A stretch of 64,000 bases of DNA, taken from positions 62,001 to 126,000 of the IMG/VR virus record IMGVR_UViG_3300020404_001964; one strand, given 5' to 3'. Below are positions 27,677-38,600 of the stretch, one piece after another. This DNA comes from an uncultured virus (IMG/VR IMGVR_UViG_3300020404_001964) (taxonomy: Duplodnaviria; Heunggongvirae; Uroviricota; Caudoviricetes). A model generated the notes under the pieces. It ran no database searches. It saw nothing but the letters and a program-made list of their open reading frames with translations, and was not told the origin of the DNA. Numbering within the stretch: the stretch's first letter is position 1; each line of letters opens with the position of its first letter. Made by a program: the position numbers and the translations under genes.

Positions 27677-28682
27677 TGTTTAGATCTCTAAATATTTTTA
27701 GCAAAACAGATTTATCATATGCATCAGATTCGATTGTTTCAATTTCTTTTGATACAATTTGATCAACACTTTCAAACTTGGTTATGTCTAGTTCTGTATT
27801 GATCTCTTCTTCTTTTTTGCTAGGAATTAAAGTAATTTCTCTACAATCATATTTTTTCATGAAAGTCTCTTTGATATAACTTGCTTCTTCAAAACTTATA
27901 TCAATATCTAGTGTAACTCTTAGATGCATTTTGCTTTTCATTATTTCATCTGTTTTGTCCAGCAATGTGCTTAATTTTACATTTCTATATTTAGGACAGT
28001 TGCCCCAATTGAAATACACAGGCTCTGTGCCATGTTCTAGTATCATCATACCACGCTCATCATCATCAACATCTGCGTAATTGTGCGGAAACGGATTACC
28101 TAAGTAATGAATATTATTTTTAACTTGTCTTTTATGAAAGTGACCAGAGAAAACATACTCTTGTTTTTTAAAGTCGCTTGGTCTTAATTCTCCTGTGTCT
28201 GGCATTTCTACCATAGCATTCATAAAGAAGTTAGGCAGTTCAAAATGACCAAACATATATTTGCATTCCATATTGCCAACTTTTTTCCATTCATTGCCTA
28301 TTAACCAAGGCACTAATATAGTGTCATCTATTTTTGTAATTTTATTAACCATTGTGATGCCTGGAATAAATCTTCCAAACTCTGTGGATTGAATGTCTCT
28401 GCTGTCTTTGTAATACAAATCGTGATTACCTGGAAAAAAATAAAAATTATCAAATGCTTTTCCTAATTTTTCCAAACATCTGATTGAAGCATCCATTGTG
28501 GTTATGTTTACACTGTTCCTGTTGTGATGCCAATCACCACAAAAGAGTCCTGTCTCACAACCATGTTTCTTTGCTAAATCTATATACCAATCTACAAATT
28601 CTTCACAATCATCGTTGTGTAATTTAGAGTTGGATTTTAATCCGAAATGTATATCGGTAAAAACTGCTAATTTCTTGAACAA
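27663..28682 (-). CDS. gp47: Recombination nuclease subunit (gp47/Mre11/SbcD)
   Basis: TDIHFG, GDWHH, GNHD, FGHFE, SGHFH; TTG start after AGGAG. Confidence 0.95.
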   Translation of the reverse strand: MFKKLAVFTDIHFGLKSNSKLHNDDCEEFVDWYIDLAKKHGCETGLFCGDWHHNRNSVNITTMDASIRCLEKLGKAFDNFYFFPGNHDLYYKDSRDIQSTEFGRFIPGITMVNKITKIDDTILVPWLIGNEWKKVGNMECKYMFGHFELPNFFMNAMVEMPDTGELRPSDFKKQEYVFSGHFHKRQVKNNIHYLGNPFPHNYADVDDDERGMMILEHGTEPVYFNWGNCPKYRNVKLSTLLDKTDEIMKSKMHLRVTLDIDISFEEASYIKETFMKKYDCREITLIPSKKEEEINTELDITKFESVDQIVSKEIETIESDAYDKSVLLKIFRDLNNDTD

Positions 28683-28703
28683 AATAATCTCCTACTTTTC
28701 TTT

Positions 28704-28732
28704 AGAATAACTGAAAATGTTAAATTTGTCAA
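28704..28732 (-). promoter_or_regulatory. sigma70-type promoter TTGACA-N17-TATTCT for the gp47-gp46 operon
   Basis: TTGACA aatttaacattttcagt TATTCT on - strand. Confidence 0.7.
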
Positions 28733-29584
28733 CTACTTTTTTGTTCGTTTACTGACTTTTGTTTTTGGAGCCGATTTTGTTGCAGGTTTTGGCGCACTGC
28801 TATCACCGGAAGTTTGTCTGGTCATACTCGGCATCATATTGTTAAGTTCTAAAATATCATCTCTAATGTTTTGATTTCTTTTTTCAATATTAATAATTCT
28901 CACAAATGAATTAGTCACTGCCGCTGTGTAATAAGCAAACGGATTGTTAGATTTACTTTCATCAAATTGTAAACCAATTTGTGCTAATTGTAAAATGGCC
29001 TGACCCTGCATTTCATCATTGTAAGTATAACCTCTCACGTTACCTCTTGTACCGTATCTTTCACACAATTTCATCCACATCTTTGCTAATTCGTTTGTGG
29101 CTCTGCCGGCATCTTTATTAAATTTACCGTTTTCCATTCCACCATCCCAATGACTTTTACCCACACAAACCAAGTTGCCTTTTTTATCATATTTCCAATG
29201 CTGGAAAGGAGGAAAGTTAACTTTTACTTTGCCATCAGCAACTGTTTTTGGATTCTTTTTTCTGCCAGGTTCGTCTGGGATATGCTCAAAAGTCATCACT
29301 CTAAAAACTACATCATCTTTATCTATTGACCTATAATCTATTTCGCAGTCACTTAATTTTGTTTTTGGGTCTACTTTTTTACGTTGTTCATACGTTTGTT
29401 GCGTAAGTTTTTTGGCTTTATTTCTTTTGGCTTGGGCCACAGTTCGTATGTTTATGGCATCCACATTGTTCACAATCAAATTGTATGTGCTGTAGGCTTC
29501 ATCCACAAAACTACAAAAAGTGCTTTTAGACTTGTGAATTTCGGCTAATAGGTCTCTGTTGTTAAGATAATTGACTTTTTTCAT
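28733..29584 (-). CDS. gp55: Late-transcription sigma factor (gp55-like)
   Basis: NYLNNRDLL, NVRGYTYNDEM, FDESKSNNPFAYYT...NSFVR.I..EK. Confidence 0.9.
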   Translation of the reverse strand: MKKVNYLNNRDLLAEIHKSKSTFCSFVDEAYSTYNLIVNNVDAINIRTVAQAKRNKAKKLTQQTYEQRKKVDPKTKLSDCEIDYRSIDKDDVVFRVMTFEHIPDEPGRKKNPKTVADGKVKVNFPPFQHWKYDKKGNLVCVGKSHWDGGMENGKFNKDAGRATNELAKMWMKLCERYGTRGNVRGYTYNDEMQGQAILQLAQIGLQFDESKSNNPFAYYTAAVTNSFVRIINIEKRNQNIRDDILELNNMMPSMTRQTSGDSSAPKPATKSAPKTKVSKRTKK

Positions 29585-29610
29585 TAATATTCCTTGTTAT
29601 ATATCTCTTC

Positions 29611-29639
29611 ATTATAAACTACTCAGTTAATTTTGTCAA
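29611..29639 (-). promoter_or_regulatory. Perfect sigma70 promoter TTGACA-N17-TATAAT for gp55
   Basis: TTGACA aaattaactgagtagtt TATAAT on - strand. Confidence 0.85.
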
Positions 29640-29645
29640 TAAATA
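29640..29645 (+). promoter_or_regulatory. Late promoter TAAATA, representative of a recurring motif
   Basis: Also upstream of genes at 396(-), 6759(-), 9984(-), 12772(-), 18180(-), 19081(-), 23000(-), 23042(+), 24272(+), 35111(+), 35585(+), 53806(+), 58685(+), 60177(+); matches the core of T4 TATAAATA. Confidence 0.8.
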
Positions 29646-29661
29646 AATGTAAGGACACAAA

Positions 29662-30582
29662 ATGAGCATAGATAAATTCAATAAAAACATATTAAAGAAC
29701 GTAGATAGTCTAAAAGACCTAGGGCAAGACATACAGAAAAATATGTCTGGATTTTTAGATACAAAAATTGATACCCTGGGCAAAACACTTGATACAGCAT
29801 CTTCCTTTGCTTTTGGAAAATTGAAAAGAATGAAAGGTGATTTGAAAAAAATCACTGACGGAGTGTTAAAATTTGATAAATCAATGCCTGCGATCACACT
29901 GAACACTTCAGGTAAATCATCTGGAGAAGAATTGGATTGGAGAGTTAGTTTGTCCATACCACAGCAAATTAAAGACATTATTCAAGACCAAAAAAGTTTA
30001 TTGGACCCACTTAAAGCCACAGGAAATAAATTGGTTTTTCCTTATACTCCAACGATTTTAGTAGGGCAATCAGCAAGTTGGAATCCAATGCAACCAGTAC
30101 ACACCAATTATCCATTTTATGCTTATGAAAATTCACGTGTGGATCAAATGACAATCACAGCACACTTCTATGTACAAAATGAAATAGAAGCAAGATACTG
30201 GGTAGCCGCTGTTCATTATCTAAGATCAATGACAAAAATGAGTTATGGACTATCACCTAATAAAGGTGCTCCACCACCAGTTGTACGTTTAAATGGATAC
30301 GGTGATTACACATTCAAAGATGTTCCTGTTATTATACAAAACTTTACATTTGACTTAAAAGAAGATGTTGACTACATCAGCACAAGATTAACAGCAGAAG
30401 AATCTGGAACAGCAGATGGACCATCATCAGTAACATCCAAAGGTGGCACTTATGCTTGGGCACCTACAGAAAGTTTATTAACTATTGGTGTTGTACCACA
30501 ATACAGCAGAACAAGACAAGCACAATTTGATCTTGCTGATTTTGTTAAAAACGGCGGCACAAAAGGAAGTGGATTTATTTAA
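29662..30582 (+). CDS. Baseplate tail-tube initiator (gp48/gp54-like)
   Basis: LVFPYTPTI, HTNY, LRSMTKM.YG, GAPPPVVRLNGYG, VPVII..F tube-fold motifs. Confidence 0.7.
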   Translation: MSIDKFNKNILKNVDSLKDLGQDIQKNMSGFLDTKIDTLGKTLDTASSFAFGKLKRMKGDLKKITDGVLKFDKSMPAITLNTSGKSSGEELDWRVSLSIPQQIKDIIQDQKSLLDPLKATGNKLVFPYTPTILVGQSASWNPMQPVHTNYPFYAYENSRVDQMTITAHFYVQNEIEARYWVAAVHYLRSMTKMSYGLSPNKGAPPPVVRLNGYGDYTFKDVPVIIQNFTFDLKEDVDYISTRLTAEESGTADGPSSVTSKGGTYAWAPTESLLTIGVVPQYSRTRQAQFDLADFVKNGGTKGSGFI

Positions 30583-30884
30583 TGGGATTCTTTACTAATT
30601 CAAGTCCATATGCGTCTACACAGATTGTTGATGATCAATATCTTGACACATTAACTATACGTCCAATTCCTGCACAACCAGATGATGTGTTGTACACAGT
30701 GGAACCACAATACAATCATAGACCAGACTTGTTGGCTTATGATCTTTACGGCAACGAAAAACTATGGTGGGTGTTTGCTCAACGCAACATGGATAAAATT
30801 TCAGATCCAGTGTATGATCTTATTCCTGGCTTAGAAATTTTTATTCCACAAGGACCTGCTCTTAGAGATACACTAGGAGTATAG
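30582..30884 (+). CDS. gp53: Baseplate wedge LysM-like protein (gp53-like)
   Basis: RPDLLAYDLYGNEKLWWVF...N. Confidence 0.8.
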   Translation: MGFFTNSSPYASTQIVDDQYLDTLTIRPIPAQPDDVLYTVEPQYNHRPDLLAYDLYGNEKLWWVFAQRNMDKISDPVYDLIPGLEIFIPQGPALRDTLGV

Positions 30885-30885
30885 T

Positions 30886-33357
30886 ATGTCGGCAATAAAG
30901 ACAAAGACCCTTAGTAAAAACAGTGCCATAAATGTTGTGGATGAAGTTGCTCTTAACAAATCATCAGTAGTAACAAACGGAACAAAATTTTCTAGCAGAA
31001 AAGAAATTAAAGCCGCACAAAAACTTACTAATAAAGACAAGGCTAAATTAAATGCCTTAGGCGTTGATACGGAAAAAAAAGAAAAGAAAAAACCCAATAT
31101 ACTAGTAAAAGAATTTATTAGAGAATTTATACCTAATCCTCTGCATGACTATGAATCATACAATGCTGTGTTCACACTAGCGGCATTGACACTGGAAGAA
31201 GTAAATTTTCCTAACATACTTTATAACAGAATGCCTCTGCATCCTATCGCACATTCCAGTGGAAAAGGAAAAATAGAAGAAGTCACTTTCTACAAACAGG
31301 CAGGAGTCAATCTTGAATACTTTATAGACAATGTTGAGGTAAAATCTTTCATTACACCCAATCCAAAAACTAAACACGTACAAAGATCAGAAATTTCTTT
31401 TACTGTAACGGAACCTTACAGTATTGGTTTATTTTTACAGACTATGGCGATACAAGCCGCCAAAGCATCAGACGATGGCAATGTTGAATTTACAAATGCA
31501 CCTTATGCCTTGATAATAGATTTTGTTGGCACTGATGTAAACGGCAAAATTTTTAGAAATAACAATCTTCGTAAAGTAATGCCTATTCAAATGACAAAAG
31601 CGGCTATAAGAGCCAGCCAGGCGGGTGCTGTGTATGATTGTGTTGGCGCACCTTGGGTAGAAACTCCAACAATGGATGTGAATAATGCTATCAACACTGA
31701 TATCACTCTGGCAGGAAAAACTGTTTACGAAATGATGCAGGTGGGTGATGACAGTTTGATGGGACAATTAAATTTTAAAGGAGCAGAACTAGACAAAAAA
31801 GCAAAAAAGAAAGAACAACTTGCCACAGTACCTGCAGATGATTATGTGATATATTTTCCTAAAAACTCTGAAATTGAATACACAGAAGCAGAGCGAAAAT
31901 TAGTTTTACAAGATAGAGCAACAACGGCTGACCAATATGGCACTGGTGAACAGGGTGATTATTTCTTTAACACTGTAAAAAGAGATAGAATTGTTGAAAC
32001 ACTGCTGGGAAAAAATATATCAGTTACTAATGAATACACTGGTACAAGCGGAGAAGGAATAAGAGTGGATCAAACTTCAGGTGAAGGGCCTAATGCTACT
32101 TTTTTAGGAAATGACATTGGAGCATCAAAAATGGCTATTAATGAAAACAACATGGCTATAATGGGTAAAAGATTTCCTGACTTTGAAGAAAAATACGATA
32201 AACGTAAAAAAACTTTCACGAGAGATGGTATTACTTTAGATTTAAAACAAATGACTTTAAGTTTTAAAAAAGGTACACGTATTACAGATATTATTGAAAC
32301 TGTGATACTGTTGAGCGAATATGCTAAAAATCTAACAAAAAATCCTGACGAAATGAAAAACAAAGAGCCAGGCAAACATCCTTGGTTTAGAATTAGAACC
32401 AAATGTTTTCAACTGCAGGATTCCTTTTTTAAAGCCAAAGCAAATAATCATCCTAGATTGAATGTGTTCAGCATTGTGCCTTATCAAGTGCCTGACACTA
32501 TATTTGACGATGATACATCAATGCCATCAGGTTATACAGTGATTAGACAAAACATTGTAAAAGGTTACAATTATCTGTACACTGGGTTAAACAAAGATGT
32601 ACTAGATTTTGATCTCACTTATAATTTTGCGTTTTTCAATAGTGCTCCTGCCAATTTGAAAAAAAGTTCAGCCACATCATCTGCTGGAGGTAACAAGAGC
32701 ATAGAAAAATCAGCAGTAGCAACAAGTGGACCAATATACACTATTACAGATTCTGAAAATAATAAACCAGGTCATCTAGCATCTAAAATCATAAAGGCTC
32801 AAGACCAAAAGACATCCAGTGAAGGTACAGAAAATGAAAGTGCAGAATTAAAAATTGCTAGAACGATGAATGATAGAATTATCAATGGTGGAACAACTGA
32901 TTTAATTCAGATGGATTTAACGATAATTGGTGATCCTTATTTCCTACCAGCAAGTGGAATGATGAATTCAGATGAACCTACAAGATTTTTTGTGGATCCT
33001 AGACCTTACATCACAACGTCTGCCAGTGATAAAAACAACGGTAACGGCAGAGGAGAAATTAACTATCAAGATACTGCTTGTTTTATAGAAATGAATTTTC
33101 AAACACCAATAGACTATCAACCTGGTACAGATAATTTAATGTTCCCTCAAGGTGGAGCGTACACTAACGGAGCAGGAGAAACAATTAGATTGGGTGAATT
33201 CAGCGGGATATTTCAAGTACAAACAATCACAAGCAGTTTTAGACAAAACATTTTTGAGCAAACATTGAGAATAAACAGACAGTCCAACATGACATTGGAT
33301 GCTACAGAAGGCTCAGGCAACAAGAAAAAAATTGTAAAGGACAATAGCAACAACTAA
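30886..33357 (+). CDS. Baseplate hub protein (gp27-like position)
   Basis: NPLHDYESYN, F.VTEPYS, YNYLYTGLN.DVLDF, LTIIGDP, FSG.FQV..I.S.F; lies between gp53 and gp5. Confidence 0.65.
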   Translation: MSAIKTKTLSKNSAINVVDEVALNKSSVVTNGTKFSSRKEIKAAQKLTNKDKAKLNALGVDTEKKEKKKPNILVKEFIREFIPNPLHDYESYNAVFTLAALTLEEVNFPNILYNRMPLHPIAHSSGKGKIEEVTFYKQAGVNLEYFIDNVEVKSFITPNPKTKHVQRSEISFTVTEPYSIGLFLQTMAIQAAKASDDGNVEFTNAPYALIIDFVGTDVNGKIFRNNNLRKVMPIQMTKAAIRASQAGAVYDCVGAPWVETPTMDVNNAINTDITLAGKTVYEMMQVGDDSLMGQLNFKGAELDKKAKKKEQLATVPADDYVIYFPKNSEIEYTEAERKLVLQDRATTADQYGTGEQGDYFFNTVKRDRIVETLLGKNISVTNEYTGTSGEGIRVDQTSGEGPNATFLGNDIGASKMAINENNMAIMGKRFPDFEEKYDKRKKTFTRDGITLDLKQMTLSFKKGTRITDIIETVILLSEYAKNLTKNPDEMKNKEPGKHPWFRIRTKCFQLQDSFFKAKANNHPRLNVFSIVPYQVPDTIFDDDTSMPSGYTVIRQNIVKGYNYLYTGLNKDVLDFDLTYNFAFFNSAPANLKKSSATSSAGGNKSIEKSAVATSGPIYTITDSENNKPGHLASKIIKAQDQKTSSEGTENESAELKIARTMNDRIINGGTTDLIQMDLTIIGDPYFLPASGMMNSDEPTRFFVDPRPYITTSASDKNNGNGRGEINYQDTACFIEMNFQTPIDYQPGTDNLMFPQGGAYTNGAGETIRLGEFSGIFQVQTITSSFRQNIFEQTLRINRQSNMTLDATEGSGNKKKIVKDNSNN

Positions 33358-34841
33358 TGGCAACAAATCAAAACACAAGAAAATCGCATAAAATAGATCC
33401 TAAATTAAATGCAGGACCTTTCGAAGCCATTGTGAGAAATGTGTTGGATCCCAAATACAGTGGAGCCATTGAAGTTGAATTGGTAAAAACATTGGAATCA
33501 GGCAATGCCGCAACAACTGGACAATTCATCACAGCAAAATATCTCAGTCCATTTTACGGCACAACCAATGTGGCAGGATTAACTAAAAACAAAGATCACA
33601 GAGACAGTCAACAGAGTTATGGTATGTGGTTTGTTCCACCTGATGTTGGCAACACTGTAATGGTTATGTTCATAGAAGGCAATATCAATAGAGCATACTG
33701 GATTGGTTGTATTCCACAAGAATTAATGAATGTAATGATTCCAGGCTCAACACCTGCCATGTCAAACACAGACACAACAGATTCTGAACACCAAGAAGAT
33801 CCTGCTGACGCAGACATTAGAGGCAAAAAAATGCCTGTAGGCGAACACAACAAATTAAAATTTGCTGACCGTCCTGCGGACAAACCTTTAATGATTAAAA
33901 AACCTATCAACAGATTGTTCAAAGCAGTGTTGGATAATCAAGGCTTGATAGCAGATGAAACAAGAGGACTTACAACGTCTAGTGCTAGACGTGAAGTGCC
34001 TTCAAGTGTGTTTGGCATAAACACACCAGGACCTATTGACAAAGTGTTTACTTCAAATCAACCTGTAGCATCTGCTAGAACAGGTGGTACTTCATTTGTA
34101 ATGGATGATGGCGATGACAAGTTTATTAGAAAAGCAAAAGCCAAAGATGGGCCAATGGAATATGTGGATATTGAAACTAGCGAAGATGTTATTGAAGGAG
34201 AAAAGAACACTCCGCACAATGAATTGTTTAGAATAAGAACACGTACAGGACACCAAATACTATTACACAATTCAGAAGACCTTGTGTACATTGCTAACGC
34301 AAATGGCACAGCATGGATAGAAATGACTGCCAACGGTAAAATAGATTTTTATGCTGAAGACAGTGTTAGTGTTCACAGCAAAGGTGATTTCAATTTTAAA
34401 ACAGATAGAGATTTCAATCTAGAAGCAGGCAGAGACATAAATTTAAAAAGTGCCACAGTCAATCAAGAGTCTACAACACACAACTTGTTGACCACTGGAG
34501 CACAAACTGTGGAAGTTGGCGGTGCACAAACAATCACAGTTGGAGGAACTACCAATCATTATGCTGGTGGTAACATTAATTTAGACGTTGGAGGACTCAT
34601 AAATCTTTCTAGCGGAATAGCAGTGGCTACGCCGGTGGCGCCTTTAGCGGCTTGGAGCCTTCCAGGCGAAGCAAATCCAACTATCATGAAACGTGTACCG
34701 CAACATGAACCTTGGAGTCATCATGAAAATTTTGATCCAATGGCAGTGGCTTTAATTAAAACAGATAGAAGTGAACAGGAAAATATAGTTGTAGCAGAAC
34801 CAATTAATATTCCAGATACTTTTAAAAATGCGAGAACGTAA
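33357..34841 (+). CDS. gp5: Baseplate central spike (gp5/VgrG-like, no lysozyme domain seen)
   Basis: SYGMWFVPPDVG..V.V.F.EG....YWIG OB-fold; RTRTGHQ; beta-helix repeats QTVEVGG/QTITVGG. Confidence 0.8.
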   Translation: MATNQNTRKSHKIDPKLNAGPFEAIVRNVLDPKYSGAIEVELVKTLESGNAATTGQFITAKYLSPFYGTTNVAGLTKNKDHRDSQQSYGMWFVPPDVGNTVMVMFIEGNINRAYWIGCIPQELMNVMIPGSTPAMSNTDTTDSEHQEDPADADIRGKKMPVGEHNKLKFADRPADKPLMIKKPINRLFKAVLDNQGLIADETRGLTTSSARREVPSSVFGINTPGPIDKVFTSNQPVASARTGGTSFVMDDGDDKFIRKAKAKDGPMEYVDIETSEDVIEGEKNTPHNELFRIRTRTGHQILLHNSEDLVYIANANGTAWIEMTANGKIDFYAEDSVSVHSKGDFNFKTDRDFNLEAGRDINLKSATVNQESTTHNLLTTGAQTVEVGGAQTITVGGTTNHYAGGNINLDVGGLINLSSGIAVATPVAPLAAWSLPGEANPTIMKRVPQHEPWSHHENFDPMAVALIKTDRSEQENIVVAEPINIPDTFKNART

Positions 34842-35113
34842 TGCCAGGAGTTAGTAGAGTAACAGTAGACACAGCAGTAGGTACAATAGTTGGTAATCTA
34901 GCACCAAAAGTTATTGTCGAAGGAGTTCCTATTGTTGTAAAAGGAGCGGCAGTTGAACCTCACGCACCTTGTCCTATACCACCACACTGTGATGCTGTAA
35001 TGGACGGGTCTAGTGCTAAAGTAAAAGCAAACGCAATATTCATATGTAGGGAAGGAGATGCGGCAACTTGTGGTCACACCGCTACTGGTAGTGGCAAAGT
35101 ATTTGCTGGTTAA
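34841..35113 (+). CDS. PAAR-domain spike tip protein (gp5.4-like)
   Basis: PH...PPH, GS..V..N...I.REGD..TCGH.ATGS..VFAG. Confidence 0.85.
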   Translation: MPGVSRVTVDTAVGTIVGNLAPKVIVEGVPIVVKGAAVEPHAPCPIPPHCDAVMDGSSAKVKANAIFICREGDAATCGHTATGSGKVFAG

Positions 35114-35121
35114 ATATCATT

Positions 35122-35562
35122 ATGGCACAGAAAAAATTATATAAAGAAGTTACAGTAAAATCGGCTCAAACAGCACAAACTCCTGCTACTCAAAGAATGT
35201 ACAGAGGAATCAGCACTGTCAACCCAGACAACACAACTTTTTCTCTAAATGACATTGGATTGATCAAACAAGATTTATTGAATCATTTCCACATTTCACA
35301 AGGAGAAAAATTAGAAAATCCAGAATTTGGCACAATCATTTGGGACGTGATACATGATCCATTAACACCTGATCTAGAAGAAGCAATTAAAGAAGATATT
35401 CTTAAGATTATTGAGACAGATCCAAGAATTAAAGCGGATTCAGTGATTGTAACACCATTTGAATCAGGCTTACAAATAGAAGTTGAACTAACTTATGTCA
35501 AATATAATGTCTCAGAGAAACTTAGACTAACGTTTGACGAAAATAATGGATTACTGAATTAA
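35122..35562 (+). CDS. gp25: Baseplate wedge subunit (gp25-like)
   Basis: GEKLENPEFGT.IW...DP, DPRI. Confidence 0.85.
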   Translation: MAQKKLYKEVTVKSAQTAQTPATQRMYRGISTVNPDNTTFSLNDIGLIKQDLLNHFHISQGEKLENPEFGTIIWDVIHDPLTPDLEEAIKEDILKIIETDPRIKADSVIVTPFESGLQIEVELTYVKYNVSEKLRLTFDENNGLLN

Positions 35563-35611
35563 ATGCCCACTTTATACAAACAAATAAATAATGCTATAAC
35601 AAAGGAAACCA

Positions 35612-38600
35612 ATGTCATCCACAGATAGACAAAACAGATTATTGTTGGCAGAAGACTGGAAAAGAGTATACCAGTCTTATAAAAATGCGGAATTTAAAAG
35701 TTACGACTTTGACACTATCCGTAGAACAATGATTCAATACATTAGACAAAATTATCCAGAAGATTTCAATGATTATATTGAATCTTCAGAGTACCTAGCA
35801 TTGATAGATTTGGTTGCTTACCTAGGTCAAAATTTGGCATTCAGAACAGATTTAAATGCTAGAGAAAATTTTTTAGAAACAGCAGACAGAAGAGAATCAA
35901 TTTTGCGTTTAGCAAGACTGATCAGTTACAATCCAACACGTAATCAAGCCGCAAATGGTTTATTGAAAATAGTAGGAATCAGTACAACTGAAAATATTGT
36001 AGACAGTAATAACTTAAACCTAAGTGGTCAAACAGTAACTTGGAATGATTCAGGTAACACTAATTGGTACGAACAGTTTATAAAAATTTTAAATGCTTCA
36101 TTGGCTGAAAATGAAAAGTTTGGCAATCCAGTGAAATCTGAAAACATAGATGCTATTCCAACTAATCAATACAGAATTAATGCTAACAGTTTAGATGTTC
36201 CAGTTTATGCTTTTGACAAAACTGTAAATGGACAAAATTTACCTTTTGAAATTGTTTCAACATCTTTTAACGATGGTGCTATTGTTGAAGAAGCACCTTT
36301 AACAGGCAGAAAGTTTAGTATGTTGTATAGAGATGATGGCAAAGGTGCTAGTAGTAACAACACAGGATTTTTCGCACACTTTAGACAAGGAGTTCTTGAT
36401 AATGGTGATTTTAACATAGATGTTCCTTCAAACAATCAATCAGTAGCAATAGAATCTAGCAATATCAATAATACTGACGTTTGGTTATACACACTTGATA
36501 CTGACACTGGATTAGAAGATACATTGTGGACTAAAGTTGATTCAGTCACTGGTAACAACGTGATATACAACTCAACAGAAAAAAATATAAGAAATATTTA
36601 CACAGTATTAAGTGGTGCTGATGATTCAATCAGTTTAAAGTTTGCTGATGGTATATTTGGAAATTTACCGCAAGGTAATTTTAAAGTTTATTACAGAAGA
36701 AGTAAAAATCAAAATATAAGAATTACTCCTGCTGATATGCAGAACATACAAGTAGATGTTCAATATGTATCAAGTAACAACCAAGTAGAAGTTTTAACAT
36801 TTACACTTGGTTTACAATACACAGTTGACAACGCAACGTCATCAGAAACTAACGACAATATTAGATTGAATGCTCCTGCAACTTATTATACTCAAAACAG
36901 AATGATTACAGGTGAAGATTATAATGTTGCTCCACTTGGAACTAATCAAGAAATTATTAAAGTAAAAGCAACAAATAGAACTGCGAGTGGAATATCAAGA
37001 TATTATGATTTAATTGATGCTACAGGCAAATACAGTAACACAAATGTATTTGGTGCAGACGGTGTAATATACAAAGAAGAAACAGAAAATTTAGATACTT
37101 TTAGTTTTGCAACACAAACTGATATAGAAGGTGTAATTGTAAATCAATTGGAACCTTTATTGTCTAAACAACAAACAAGAAACTTTTACATAGAAAAATT
37201 TCCAAAAGTAATTTTAACAGATTTTGTTCCAGTATGGCAACAAGTTACAAATGCTACAAATGAATCAACAGGGAAATTTATAGATGCTGTAAATGTTATT
37301 GATTATCAAGTAGGTTCTTTTACAGCCAGTCAATTAAAATACATAGAGCCAGGTGCTATGGTAAAATTTGTGGCACCAACTGGTTTTCATTTTATGCCAG
37401 ACAATAGTTTAATGGCAGGACCAGGTGACCACCCAGGTGCTAAAGACTATATTTGGACTTCAGTTGTGAGTGTATTCAATGATGGAGTGTCAAACACATC
37501 CACAGGCGAAGGTGCTGTTAAGTTTAATGATGTTATACCTACAAGTGCTGTTGCTAGTGAAATTTTACCTAAATTTTCAAAACAATTTTCAGATGATGTA
37601 AAAACATTAATTATAGATCAGGCTTTTGCTTATAATAATTTTGGAATACGTTACGATGTTCAAACTAGAAAATGGAATGTAATTGATGAAAACAATTTAA
37701 ATGTTTTTGGCACTTTCAGTGTTGGTAAAACAGGTGACGAATCAAATCAGCAATTAGATGCTAGTTGGTTAATCAAGTGTGTAAACAATGGTGCTACATA
37801 TACAATTACATTTAGAGGATTACGTTATGTGTTTGAAAGTAAAAAAGAAGTAAGATTCTTTTATGATAGTGCTGACAGAAACTTCAATGCTAAAACTGGA
37901 GCAACAATTCAAGATAAAATTTCAGTATTATCAATTAATACAAAACCAGACAGCAATAATGCGTTTAACAATGATATAAATTTTGCTATTTCAACAGAAT
38001 ACAGAACACAAAACGGTTATGTTGACAGTGCTAAAATTGAATTAACACAATTTGATTCTGACCAAGACGGCATAGTTGACAATCCAAATGCTTTTGACCT
38101 TGTTGTTGATCCTAGCACAAATGCATCAACAAAATACATTTTTCAAAAACTTGTGAAAAATACAGATGGCACAGAAAGATATCAATATTGTGATGCTACA
38201 GAAGAATTCATTTACACTAGACAAACGTCTGTAGGCGCTATTGGAGATTATCCAAATGGTTCTATTGTGTATCTAATAGACAGCGACAGTTTCAAACAAG
38301 TTAATACAACAACGAACACAACAACTGATGTAACCAATTATGTTGCTCATGTTGGTAGAGACAAAGTTAAGTTTCAATATGTACACACAGTGGACGGTAA
38401 CACAAGACTTGACCCAAGTTCATCTAATATAATTGATATGTACATACTAACAAGAACTTATGACATTAATTTTAGATTGTGGTTGGCAGGTGTAACAGCA
38501 ACGAAACCATTGTTACCAAGCAATGATTCATTGTACACAAACTTTAACACTCCGTTAGCAAAAATTAAATCAATAAGTGATACAATAGTGTATCATCCAG

